A stretch of 64,000 nt of DNA from Rebecca billardiae RCC1528 (lineage: Eukaryota > Protista > Haptophyta). Position numbers and translations under genes: made by a program. Positions 12,436 to 21,799 of the stretch are shown here, in pieces (positions within the stretch are counted from its first letter, which is position 1; each line of letters begins with the position of its first letter). The stretch lies in contig OZ251254.1 in assembly GCA_965240325.2 (NCBI GenBank), forward strand, positions 124,001-188,000, given 5' to 3'. Below the pieces are notes generated by a model that had not been told where the DNA came from, searched no databases, and saw nothing but the letters and a program-made list of their open reading frames with translations.

Positions 12436-14927
12436 CCAGGTGGCCGCACGCCCTGCCTGAACCGGCAGCCGCGCTTTAGGGAAACACCATCCGGGGGGCC
12501 GCCTTTCACTTAAGGACACGCGGGTGGGTGATTACTCGGAACACGTGAACCATGTCCTTTTCGGACATACGCACACGCAAGATCTTGGGTACGCAGTCAT
12601 ACTATCTGAATCCTGAGCGCCCACGAGCCCTCTTGGGTCCATGATAATCTGCCTCGTCAGCGAGCGTCCAAAAGCGAATCCGCCGAAAGTTTTTGATTGA
12701 AAGCGAGCGCTTTCTCCAGACGAGACGGATTCCATTCTGGTCCGCTCGTTCCGAACCAAAAGGTCATGGATGCCGTTCCACGGCGCGCGCGCGGTTGGGG
12801 CGGGCGGCGAAGCGGTTTTGTCGGTGGGGTACGGTACAGTCTGTGGCGGGCCGGCGGTGGGTGAGCTACCTATGCAGTTTAGTTGCGCACGCTCGCTCGA
12901 CGGCAGACCGGCCATAATCATGCAAGTAGCAATAGCATCAAGCTGTATGGGTCCGCCACTCCGCCAAGTCAAGAAGTGCTAGTCCCTACTTAGTTACGCC
13001 GGCGGCCGGCGGGCACATATCATTCACTAGAGACGGCACCCTCGACGCCACTATTGGCCTTCCGTACCCCGCCCGCCGCAAGCCCGCCGCACATCCGTGT
13101 ATGATCGTGAGCGTTTCAGACGACAAGTGGACTAGGGCAGCAGCTGGCAAAACGCAGCGTCGATGGCTCACACGATCGCGTACCCGGTGGTGGTCGGAGT
13201 GCCGGTTGGGTTCACCATGCCCAACGGTCTCCCTTCGGGCCAGTCGGCCCGCACGAATGCGCCGCGACCAGCGCCATTCGCCTCGCAACCATCGGCAGCA
13301 TCGTTGCGCAACCGGGGCGGTCGCATTTGCCGGCGCAACATCTACCTGACCATCTCTGCAGTGCCCAACAACCATCCTCTCCTTTCCAACCTTCCTGCAG
13401 TGGCGACACACTTGCTGGCGCCATTGAGGGGCAAACAGAAGGAGTTCGTCGTCTGCAAGGAGCCGCACGAGCACCCCAACGACCCTAGCCGCGCTTGGCA
13501 CTTCCACGCCGTCATCGGATCGGAGATGAAGACGGACTGCCTGGTCACAGCCTTTGACCTCCCCCTCCAGGGCTGGGGCACGCTGCGAGCGTACCACGAG
13601 CCGATGGGCCCGACGAAGCGTGACCTGGCGAAGTGCATCCACTACTGCCAGAAGGAGGGGCCGTCCAACTTCATCATCAGCGCCAACTGGGCAACCATCC
13701 CAGAGCCGCTCGACGTGTGCGGCGTCGACTGGGCGCGCGCGCTGCACGCAGCACAGTCTGCAGACGAGGCAGCGGACATCTTGCAGTGCGAGCACCCGTC
13801 GATCTACTACCGCTACGGCCATGCCGTGCTCGCCATGATCCGCCACCGACACGGCAGCGGCGTCACGCCGCGCTTCGCCATGAGCTCGTTTGCGCGACTG
13901 CCGCTCGACCTCTCTGATGGGATGGCTGTCGTGCTCGCAGGTGGATCCGGCCACGGCAAGACGGAGTTCGGGCTGTCGCACTTCGAGAACCCTCTTCTCG
14001 TGTCCGAGATGGACGACCTGAAGGATTTGACGGCTCGCAACGACGGTATCGTCTTCGACGACATGGATTTCACGCACATGACGGCCAAGGCCGTGATCAA
14101 GATGCTCGACCCCAACTACGAGCGATCGGTGCACACGCGCTACACGAATGCCAAGATCCCCGCAGACATGCCACGCGTGTTCACGACAAATCTGGCCATG
14201 CAGTACCCCTACGAGCACATCTTCCCGCCCGGTCGCAACCTCGAGCAGCAGCGTGCGCTCAACCGCCGCTTCAAAGTCGTGACGGTCGATGCCGACCTCT
14301 TTGCGGCGGCTCCCGCCGCCGGCGCGTCAGCGGCTGCCGTGCAGACGTGAGCCATCAGCAAGCGTGCGTCGGTGCATAGCCGCAAGATGCCCTGCTCAGC
14401 CCAGCTGAGCTGCTCAGACTGGCTTGACCCTCACGCTAGTGCCAGGCGGCCTGGCGGTGAGGCGCCGCGGCAGCGGGCCGCCTTTTCGTCAGCGGACTCA
14501 GCTGCGGCCCCGCCCTCTCTCGAGCGGCTTGCGGCGAGGGCGAGAACAGCGGTGAAACTGAAAACATGGGTTTCCTCGGGCCAATCAGGTTAGCGCAAAC
14601 ACACCGCGCAGCCTGAATGCGTTGAGAGGAGCTAGTACACCGACCCTGAATAGCCCTATGGACGAACTCGTTTTGCGGATGATGGAGGCCCCCAAGATTC
14701 CGCCGATGATTCGGCACGATTAGGGAAGCATGCAAGCGTCCAACCGGTACAACATAAGAAGCCGCTGAGAAGTCTAGGCTCAAAAATGACCATAAGCCCC
14801 AATCGCGGGGCGTACGGTTGCGTGTGTTCGACAACTTGACCCTGAAATCAATTGGAGACCGGGTAGAGCGGTCTAAGGCGCGGCCGGCGTCAGACCGCCG
14901 ACTCACGCACATGACTTCTCCACCTGG
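12436..14927 (+). mobile_element. Complete Rep-encoding element, copy 3 (2492 bp, short imperfect TIRs, TA on both sides)
   Basis: TA|CCAGGTGG at 12434-12443 and CCACCTGG|TA at 14920-14929. Shared subterminal CTGA..CCGG..CCGCGC(T/C)TTAG in inverted orientation. AT-rich flanks on both sides. Confidence 0.65.
13163..14350 (+). CDS. rep: CRESS-type Rep, copy 3 (full length, 395 aa)
   Basis: All HUH and SF3 motifs intact; native C-terminus FAAAPAAGASAAAVQT. Confidence 0.94.
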   Translation: MAHTIAYPVVVGVPVGFTMPNGLPSGQSARTNAPRPAPFASQPSAASLRNRGGRICRRNIYLTISAVPNNHPLLSNLPAVATHLLAPLRGKQKEFVVCKEPHEHPNDPSRAWHFHAVIGSEMKTDCLVTAFDLPLQGWGTLRAYHEPMGPTKRDLAKCIHYCQKEGPSNFIISANWATIPEPLDVCGVDWARALHAAQSADEAADILQCEHPSIYYRYGHAVLAMIRHRHGSGVTPRFAMSSFARLPLDLSDGMAVVLAGGSGHGKTEFGLSHFENPLLVSEMDDLKDLTARNDGIVFDDMDFTHMTAKAVIKMLDPNYERSVHTRYTNAKIPADMPRVFTTNLAMQYPYEHIFPPGRNLEQQRALNRRFKVVTVDADLFAAAPAAGASAAAVQT

Positions 14928-15825
14928 TAATATAGAATATGACGATGCGATGCTCATATATATATATATGAACAGCTGATATATGATGATGATTATTTAC
15001 ATCATATATATATATATATATTATTTACTCACAATATACCATGAAAAGTCGACGGGGTAGCCGTTACCGAATCGGAGGCGCTCCAATAGGAGGCGTAGGG
15101 TGTTCACCCGCCGTGAGCGCACTAATAAGCGATATGACGATGCGATGCTCATGGCGCACGCCCCCCCCGAAAGGTCTGAGCGTGAGCGAAAGCCGGGGGG
15201 GGCGGCGCACGTGCTCCGCAAAATCAAAAAAGAGGATGCGCGCAGGATTTGGGGGGATTTTTGTAGGTGGATTTAGGTGTGAAACCGAGCATTTGAGTCC
15301 ATTTCGCTGCTCATGATTGCGTTTGTATGGTGCGCCAGAACTCGCGCCGCACGGACACCAGCGCGTCGCTGTACGCCCAGAACTCGATCTTAGGGGCCAT
15401 GGCGAGCTCGCTGCTCGGAAACGGCGGTGCGCCGCCGCAGGAGCGGCTGCGGCCACCATCGTCGCCCGAGGCGACGTCGAGCAGGCGCGAGACGCCGCCG
15501 CAGCCGTCAGTCTTTGATAGCGTGGCCGACGCCTTCGCCACGCCCTTCCGCCTCTTCTCCGGCGCCGGAGGCTCGAGCGCCCCGAGCAGAGGCGCCGCGC
15601 GCCCTTACGCGTCGCCGTACGGCGGCGCCGGCGACATGAACACGATCATGCCGTCGCGCGCAGGCGCCCGCCTGCCGAGCGGCGCTGGCGCTGCCGTGTA
15701 GCTAGTCGTAGTCGTGACGACACGCTGCTGCTGCGTTGACGATATGCAGCCGTGTGTGTATTGAATAATTGAATATATGTGATATACGACGTCTAATAAC
15801 TGCTATCGCATCTGCTGATCAGATA

Positions 15826-18317
15826 CCAGGTGGCCGCACGCCCTGCCTGAACCGGCAGCCGCGCTTTAGGGAAACACCATCCGGGGGGCCGCCTTTCACT
15901 TAAGGACACGCGGGTGGGTGATTACTCGGAACACGTGAACCATGTCCTTTTCGGACATACGCACACGCAAGATCTTGGGTACGCAGTCATACTATCTGAA
16001 TCCTGAGCGCCCACGAGCCCTCTTGGGTCCATGATAATCTGCCTCGTCAGCGAGCGTCCAAAAGCGAATCCGCCGAAAGTTTTTGATTGAAAGCGAGCGC
16101 TTTCTCCAGACGAGACGGATTCCATTCTGGTCCGCTCGTTCCGAACCAAAAGGTCATGGATGCCGTTCCACGGCGCGCGCGCGGTTGGGGCGGGCGGCGA
16201 AGCGGTTTTGTCGGTGGGGTACGGTACAGTCTGTGGCGGGCCGGCGGTGGGTGAGCTACCTATGCAGTTTAGTTGCGCACGCTCGCTCGACGGCAGACCG
16301 GCCATAATCATGCAAGTAGCAATAGCATCAAGCTGTATGGGTCCGCCACTCCGCCAAGTCAAGAAGTGCTAGTCCCTACTTAGTTACGCCGGCGGCCGGC
16401 GGGCACATATCATTCACTAGAGACGGCACCCTCGACGCCACTATTGGCCTTCCGTACCCCGCCCGCCGCAAGCCCGCCGCACATCCGTGTATGATCGTGA
16501 GCGTTTCAGACGACAAGTGGACTAGGGCAGCAGCTGGCAAAACGCAGCGTCGATGGCTCACACGATCGCGTACCCGGTGGTGGTCGGAGTGCCGGTTGGG
16601 TTCACCATGCCCAACGGTCTCCCTTCGGGCCAGTCGGCCCGCACGAATGCGCCGCGACCAGCGCCATTCGCCTCGCAACCATCGGCAGCATCGTTGCGCA
16701 ACCGGGGCGGTCGCATTTGCCGGCGCAACATCTACCTGACCATCTCTGCAGTGCCCAACAACCATCCTCTCCTTTCCAACCTTCCTGCAGTGGCGACACA
16801 CTTGCTGGCGCCATTGAGGGGCAAACAGAAGGAGTTCGTCGTCTGCAAGGAGCCGCACGAGCACCCCAACGACCCTAGCCGCGCTTGGCACTTCCACGCC
16901 GTCATCGGATCGGAGATGAAGACGGACTGCCTGGTCACAGCCTTTGACCTCCCCCTCCAGGGCTGGGGCACGCTGCGAGCGTACCACGAGCCGATGGGCC
17001 CGACGAAGCGTGACCTGGCGAAGTGCATCCACTACTGCCAGAAGGAGGGGCCGTCCAACTTCATCATCAGCGCCAACTGGGCAACCATCCCAGAGCCGCT
17101 CGACGTGTGCGGCGTCGACTGGGCGCGCGCGCTGCACGCAGCACAGTCTGCAGACGAGGCAGCGGACATCTTGCAGTGCGAGCACCCGTCGATCTACTAC
17201 CGCTACGGCCATGCCGTGCTCGCCATGATCCGCCACCGACACGGCAGCGGCGTCACGCCGCGCTTCGCCATGAGCTCGTTTGCGCGACTGCCGCTCGACC
17301 TCTCTGATGGGATGGCTGTCGTGCTCGCAGGTGGATCCGGCCACGGCAAGACGGAGTTCGGGCTGTCGCACTTCGAGAACCCTCTTCTCGTGTCCGAGAT
17401 GGACGACCTGAAGGATTTGACGGCTCGCAACGACGGTATCGTCTTCGACGACATGGATTTCACGCACATGACGGCCAAGGCCGTGATCAAGATGCTCGAC
17501 CCCAACTACGAGCGATCGGTGCACACGCGCTACACGAATGCCAAGATCCCCGCAGACATGCCACGCGTGTTCACGACAAATCTGGCCATGCAGTACCCCT
17601 ACGAGCACATCTTCCCGCCCGGTCGCAACCTCGAGCAGCAGCGTGCGCTCAACCGCCGCTTCAAAGTCGTGACGGTCGATGCCGACCTCTTTGCGGCGGC
17701 TCCCGCCGCCGGCGCGTCAGCGGCTGCCGTGCAGACGTGAGCCATCAGCAAGCGTGCGTCGGTGCATAGCCGCAAGATGCCCTGCTCAGCCCAGCTGAGC
17801 TGCTCAGACTGGCTTGACCCTCACGCTAGTGCCAGGCGGCCTGGCGGTGAGGCGCCGCGGCAGCGGGCCGCCTTTTCGTCAGCGGACTCAGCTGCGGCCC
17901 CGCCCTCTCTCGAGCGGCTTGCGGCGAGGGCGAGAACAGCGGTGAAACTGAAAACATGGGTTTCCTCGGGCCAATCAGGTTAGCGCAAACACACCGCGCA
18001 GCCTGAATGCGTTGAGAGGAGCTAGTACACCGACCCTGAATAGCCCTATGGACGAACTCGTTTTGCGGATGATGGAGGCCCCCAAGATTCCGCCGATGAT
18101 TCGGCACGATTAGGGAAGCATGCAAGCGTCCAACCGGTACAACATAAGAAGCCGCTGAGAAGTCTAGGCTCAAAAATGACCATAAGCCCCAATCGCGGGG
18201 CGTACGGTTGCGTGTGTTCGACAACTTGACCCTGAAATCAATTGGAGACCGGGTAGAGCGGTCTAAGGCGCGGCCGGCGTCAGACCGCCGACTCACGCAC
18301 ATGACTTCTCCACCTGG
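15826..18317 (+). mobile_element. Complete Rep-encoding element, copy 4
   Basis: Matches copy 3 at offset 3390. Confidence 0.65.
16553..17740 (+). CDS. rep: CRESS-type Rep, copy 4 (full length)
   Basis: Translation identical to copy 3. Confidence 0.94.
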   Translation: MAHTIAYPVVVGVPVGFTMPNGLPSGQSARTNAPRPAPFASQPSAASLRNRGGRICRRNIYLTISAVPNNHPLLSNLPAVATHLLAPLRGKQKEFVVCKEPHEHPNDPSRAWHFHAVIGSEMKTDCLVTAFDLPLQGWGTLRAYHEPMGPTKRDLAKCIHYCQKEGPSNFIISANWATIPEPLDVCGVDWARALHAAQSADEAADILQCEHPSIYYRYGHAVLAMIRHRHGSGVTPRFAMSSFARLPLDLSDGMAVVLAGGSGHGKTEFGLSHFENPLLVSEMDDLKDLTARNDGIVFDDMDFTHMTAKAVIKMLDPNYERSVHTRYTNAKIPADMPRVFTTNLAMQYPYEHIFPPGRNLEQQRALNRRFKVVTVDADLFAAAPAAGASAAAVQT

Positions 18318-18612
18318 TAATATAGAATATGACGATGCGATGCTCATATATATATATATGAACAGCTGATATATGATGATGATTATTTACATCATATATA
18401 TATATATATTATTTACTCACAATATACCATGAAAAGTCGACGGGGTAGCCGTTACCGAATCGGAGGCGCTCCAATAGGAGGCGTAGGGTGTTCACCCGCC
18501 GTGAGCGCACTAATAAGCGATATGACGATGCGATGCTCATGGCGCACGCCCCCCCCGAAAGGTCTGAGCGTGAGCGAAAGCCGGGGGGGGGCGGCGCACG
18601 TGCTCCGCAAAA

Positions 18613-19178
18613 TGTTGAGCTGACGCGGCCTGGGGCGCGCATCTCAGCAGATGGCGTCGCCGCTGGGACGTCAGGGCCGGCGCCGCACCAGGCGGGCCGG
18701 CGTCATCAGCTACGGAGCAGTGGCTGGCTGGCGGCGCGCGCGCGCGGCGCGCGCGGCGGCAGGAGCGCGGACGCGGCAGCGCGGACGCGGAGCGACACGG
18801 ACGCGGCGCGTGCGCGGGCGGTACGGCCCGGCGCAGCGCGACACGGTGACGTCGCACGGGCATGGCCCGGACGCCATCGTGGGAGTCCATCCGGATTTCC
18901 ACTTTCGGAAAAGTGGGAATCCGGCTGAGGGTGGACGGACGAGGACGTCCGGGAGTTACGTCGGGACGGGCGGTTTTCGGGAAGGTAACGCATTCCCCGG
19001 AGCCGGCCGCGACGTGGTCACCCCGCGACCAAAAGGTCGGCGGGAGGTTAGCTTGTCTTCGTAAAAGAGCGAAGGGAAGGAGGTTGCCTCTCGTGGTCAA
19101 CATTGACGACGCGCCCGAGGACGCGCCGGTGAGCTTTTAGCAGGGCTCGGGACGCTCGGAGCTCGCGTTTACCCAATA
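18613..19178 (+). repeat. 5' LTR
   Basis: TGTTGAGCTG...TTTACCCAATA; appears identical to the 3' LTR. Confidence 0.95.
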
Positions 19179-21799
19179 TGCATGCAGCGATCGGGAGGGA
19201 TCGTACGCGCGGCGCTTTCTCATCGATCGCGCCGATGGGCACGAGCGGCCGGTACTACGGCTCGGTGGACGTTGGGATGCTGAACGACAAGGGCAATCAG
19301 CAGCGCTGGCTCGCGCAATCGGCGAGCAGGCTGGCGGCGCTACCGGCGGGGCAAGGTGCTACGATGTCCGCACTGAACGGCATCATCGTGACGCACGGCC
19401 CGAACGCGGAGCACCGCATCAACACGCTCGAGGAGTACAACTCGACGTGGGAGACATTCAACCCATCCGCGGCGAAGATGATCAAGGTCAGTGCCGAGCG
19501 GATGGACCTGGCGCGTGAGAACTACGCGCTGCAGCAGCGGCTGCTCGACCATCGCCACGAGCACGAGCGCCGCGAGCACGCCGAGCGCCGGGCCGCGGCG
19601 GAACGCGCGGCGGCGGCGGCGGCGGGGGCGAGGCAGGCGCCAAGCTACGCGCAGGCTGCCTCGGCGGGCGCGGGGAGTGGTTTAGCCACTCCGGGCGGCC
19701 CGACGGCGACCGGACCGGGTTCAGGTCCGGCGGCGGGCGGCGGATCCGGAATTTCTCCGGGTCCGGCGGCCGGCACACCCAGTCCGGGTGTGGGCACAGG
19801 CGGCGCTGCAGGTGCGCCGGCTGGGACTGACGGCGCGACGCCTATGGGCGGTGCCGGCGTCGGCGCGGCGCCTACGGGCGGCGCCGGCGGGATGGGTGGC
19901 GCGGCGCCCGCGGGCGGCGCTGCCGTGACGCTCGATCCGCGCGCGCGTGAGCTCTACCGCCGCGAGCGCGAGACCGAGGATCAGATGCATGAGCGGCAGG
20001 CGAGCGAGCACGCCATGCTGGACATCAAACTCCGACAGAGCGTGTTGGAGGCAGCGCCGGACGGCGACGAGGCGGACCCCGCCAAGTACGCCGGGGCGCA
20101 GTACGAGAAAGGGACGGCTTTCTTACGCACCGAGCTGCGGTCGTGGGTGACGGAGGCTGCGTGGCAGCACATCAACCGCCTCATGGAGACGCAGCCGGAG
20201 GTGCAGGAGGAGCGCGCGCGCCGGGGCGCACTTACGCCGGGGCGCGAGTTTCTGTACCTGTGGAAGACGATCCTGCGCATGCGCAAGCCCGACGACATGC
20301 GGAAGTACATGTCGGTGCGGGCACGCTGGCATCGGACGGTCCTGCCGGACTGCGGCAAGGACGGCGTCGGCGCCCTCGAGCTCTTCCAGGTGCTACAGCA
20401 CAACCACGTGCTGCTGCAGGAGCTGAGTGACGCAGCGCCAGCGGCGGAGATGCTTGCGCGGCTCATCGAGTTCATTCCGTCGGTGGGCGCGGGCATCGAG
20501 ATGCGGACGCGGTACGAGTCGAAGGACTACAGGACCGTGACGAACTTCGACGTGCAGGAGCTCGTGCACGAGCTCAACGGCAAGTTCGAGGACTGGGACT
20601 TCTCCAAGGGCAAGCGGGTTGACCGCGGCGGCCCTGGGCGCCCAGGGGCGGGTGGCCGCACGCCAGGAGGCGGCGGCGCTACCCGCGCGCACCCAATCGA
20701 CGGGCTCCGCCTGGCGCAGGCGGCGGCGGCGTCGGCGGGTGGCGGCGGCGGCGACACGAAGTCGCCGGCTGGCCGTGGTGGCGGCGGCGGAGGTCGTGGC
20801 GGTGGCGGCGGCGGCACTGGCCGCGGCGCCGGCCGCGGAGGCCAGGACGACTCCGACGACGCGCACGGGCCGCGCTGCTACAAGTGCGGCGCCGTGGGGC
20901 ATATCAAGCGTTACTGCCCGCAGGTGACGCAGGCTGATCGCGACTCGAACGCTGGCGATGACGCGGCGTCGACGCGGTCGGATCGCAGCCGTGGCTCACA
21001 TCGGAGCGGCGGTGGCGGTGGCGGCGGCGGTGGCGGGGGCAGCACCCGCGCCGTGGTCGGTAATGGCAACGGCGGCGGCACGGTCCGCACGCAGGTCGCG
21101 TTCGCTCCCGAGCAGGGGGACGAGCCAGACGGCGCCGTTGGTGGCGACGGTGACGCTGACGCCGGAGACGGCGGCGGCGCCGGCGCCAGACTCGGCTTGG
21201 CGCCTATTGGCGCGGCTATCGGCGGCAGGGCGCAGCGCGACGAGGACATCGAGATCGTCGCGGCGCGGGCGGCCGAGGCACGCGGGGCGCCGCCGGAGGA
21301 CAACACGCGGGCGTTGGTGTTTGACACTGGCGCACGGAAGAACATCGCCATGGCCGAGGATTTGACGAATCTTACCCCGGTGGACGGCGCATGTCAGATC
21401 GAGTGGGGGAACGGTGCGCGGGAGCGGGTCACTCACCGCGGGACCCTGGTGGTCAAGCTTGCGGCGGACGACGACAGCGACAAGGTCCTCACGCTCGAGA
21501 TCGAGGCGTGGGCGTCGCGGCGCGTCACGGCGCCGCTGCTGTCGGTCGAGCACTGCGCAGACGCAGGCATCGAGTTCCACTACTCGCAGCGCGGCAACAC
21601 TGCGGACTTTACGGCGCTGGGAGGCGGCGTCGTGCAGCTGCCGCGCGATTCCACGCTGCGCGCCGAGATCGTACGGCGCCAGGTGGGGCCAGACGTCGGC
21701 GATGCGCCGGCGGAGGCGCGCGCACGGCGCAGGGCGCCAGTGCGGCGCGTGGGCGCGGGGCGGGGGCGCATTGGCGCTGCGCCGCCCCCAAACGCCTAA
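19178..21799 (+). CDS. gag: Copia Gag-protease
   Basis: Zinc knuckle CYKCGAVGHIKRYC; aspartic protease motif LVFDTGA. Confidence 0.9.
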   Translation: MHAAIGRDRTRGAFSSIAPMGTSGRYYGSVDVGMLNDKGNQQRWLAQSASRLAALPAGQGATMSALNGIIVTHGPNAEHRINTLEEYNSTWETFNPSAAKMIKVSAERMDLARENYALQQRLLDHRHEHERREHAERRAAAERAAAAAAGARQAPSYAQAASAGAGSGLATPGGPTATGPGSGPAAGGGSGISPGPAAGTPSPGVGTGGAAGAPAGTDGATPMGGAGVGAAPTGGAGGMGGAAPAGGAAVTLDPRARELYRRERETEDQMHERQASEHAMLDIKLRQSVLEAAPDGDEADPAKYAGAQYEKGTAFLRTELRSWVTEAAWQHINRLMETQPEVQEERARRGALTPGREFLYLWKTILRMRKPDDMRKYMSVRARWHRTVLPDCGKDGVGALELFQVLQHNHVLLQELSDAAPAAEMLARLIEFIPSVGAGIEMRTRYESKDYRTVTNFDVQELVHELNGKFEDWDFSKGKRVDRGGPGRPGAGGRTPGGGGATRAHPIDGLRLAQAAAASAGGGGGDTKSPAGRGGGGGGRGGGGGGTGRGAGRGGQDDSDDAHGPRCYKCGAVGHIKRYCPQVTQADRDSNAGDDAASTRSDRSRGSHRSGGGGGGGGGGGSTRAVVGNGNGGGTVRTQVAFAPEQGDEPDGAVGGDGDADAGDGGGAGARLGLAPIGAAIGGRAQRDEDIEIVAARAAEARGAPPEDNTRALVFDTGARKNIAMAEDLTNLTPVDGACQIEWGNGARERVTHRGTLVVKLAADDDSDKVLTLEIEAWASRRVTAPLLSVEHCADAGIEFHYSQRGNTADFTALGGGVVQLPRDSTLRAEIVRRQVGPDVGDAPAEARARRRAPVRRVGAGRGRIGAAPPPNA

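Noticed and set aside
15165-15200. Hammerhead ribozyme (CTGAG...GAAA)
   Set aside because: It lacks the CUGANGA core and a properly placed cleavage triplet.
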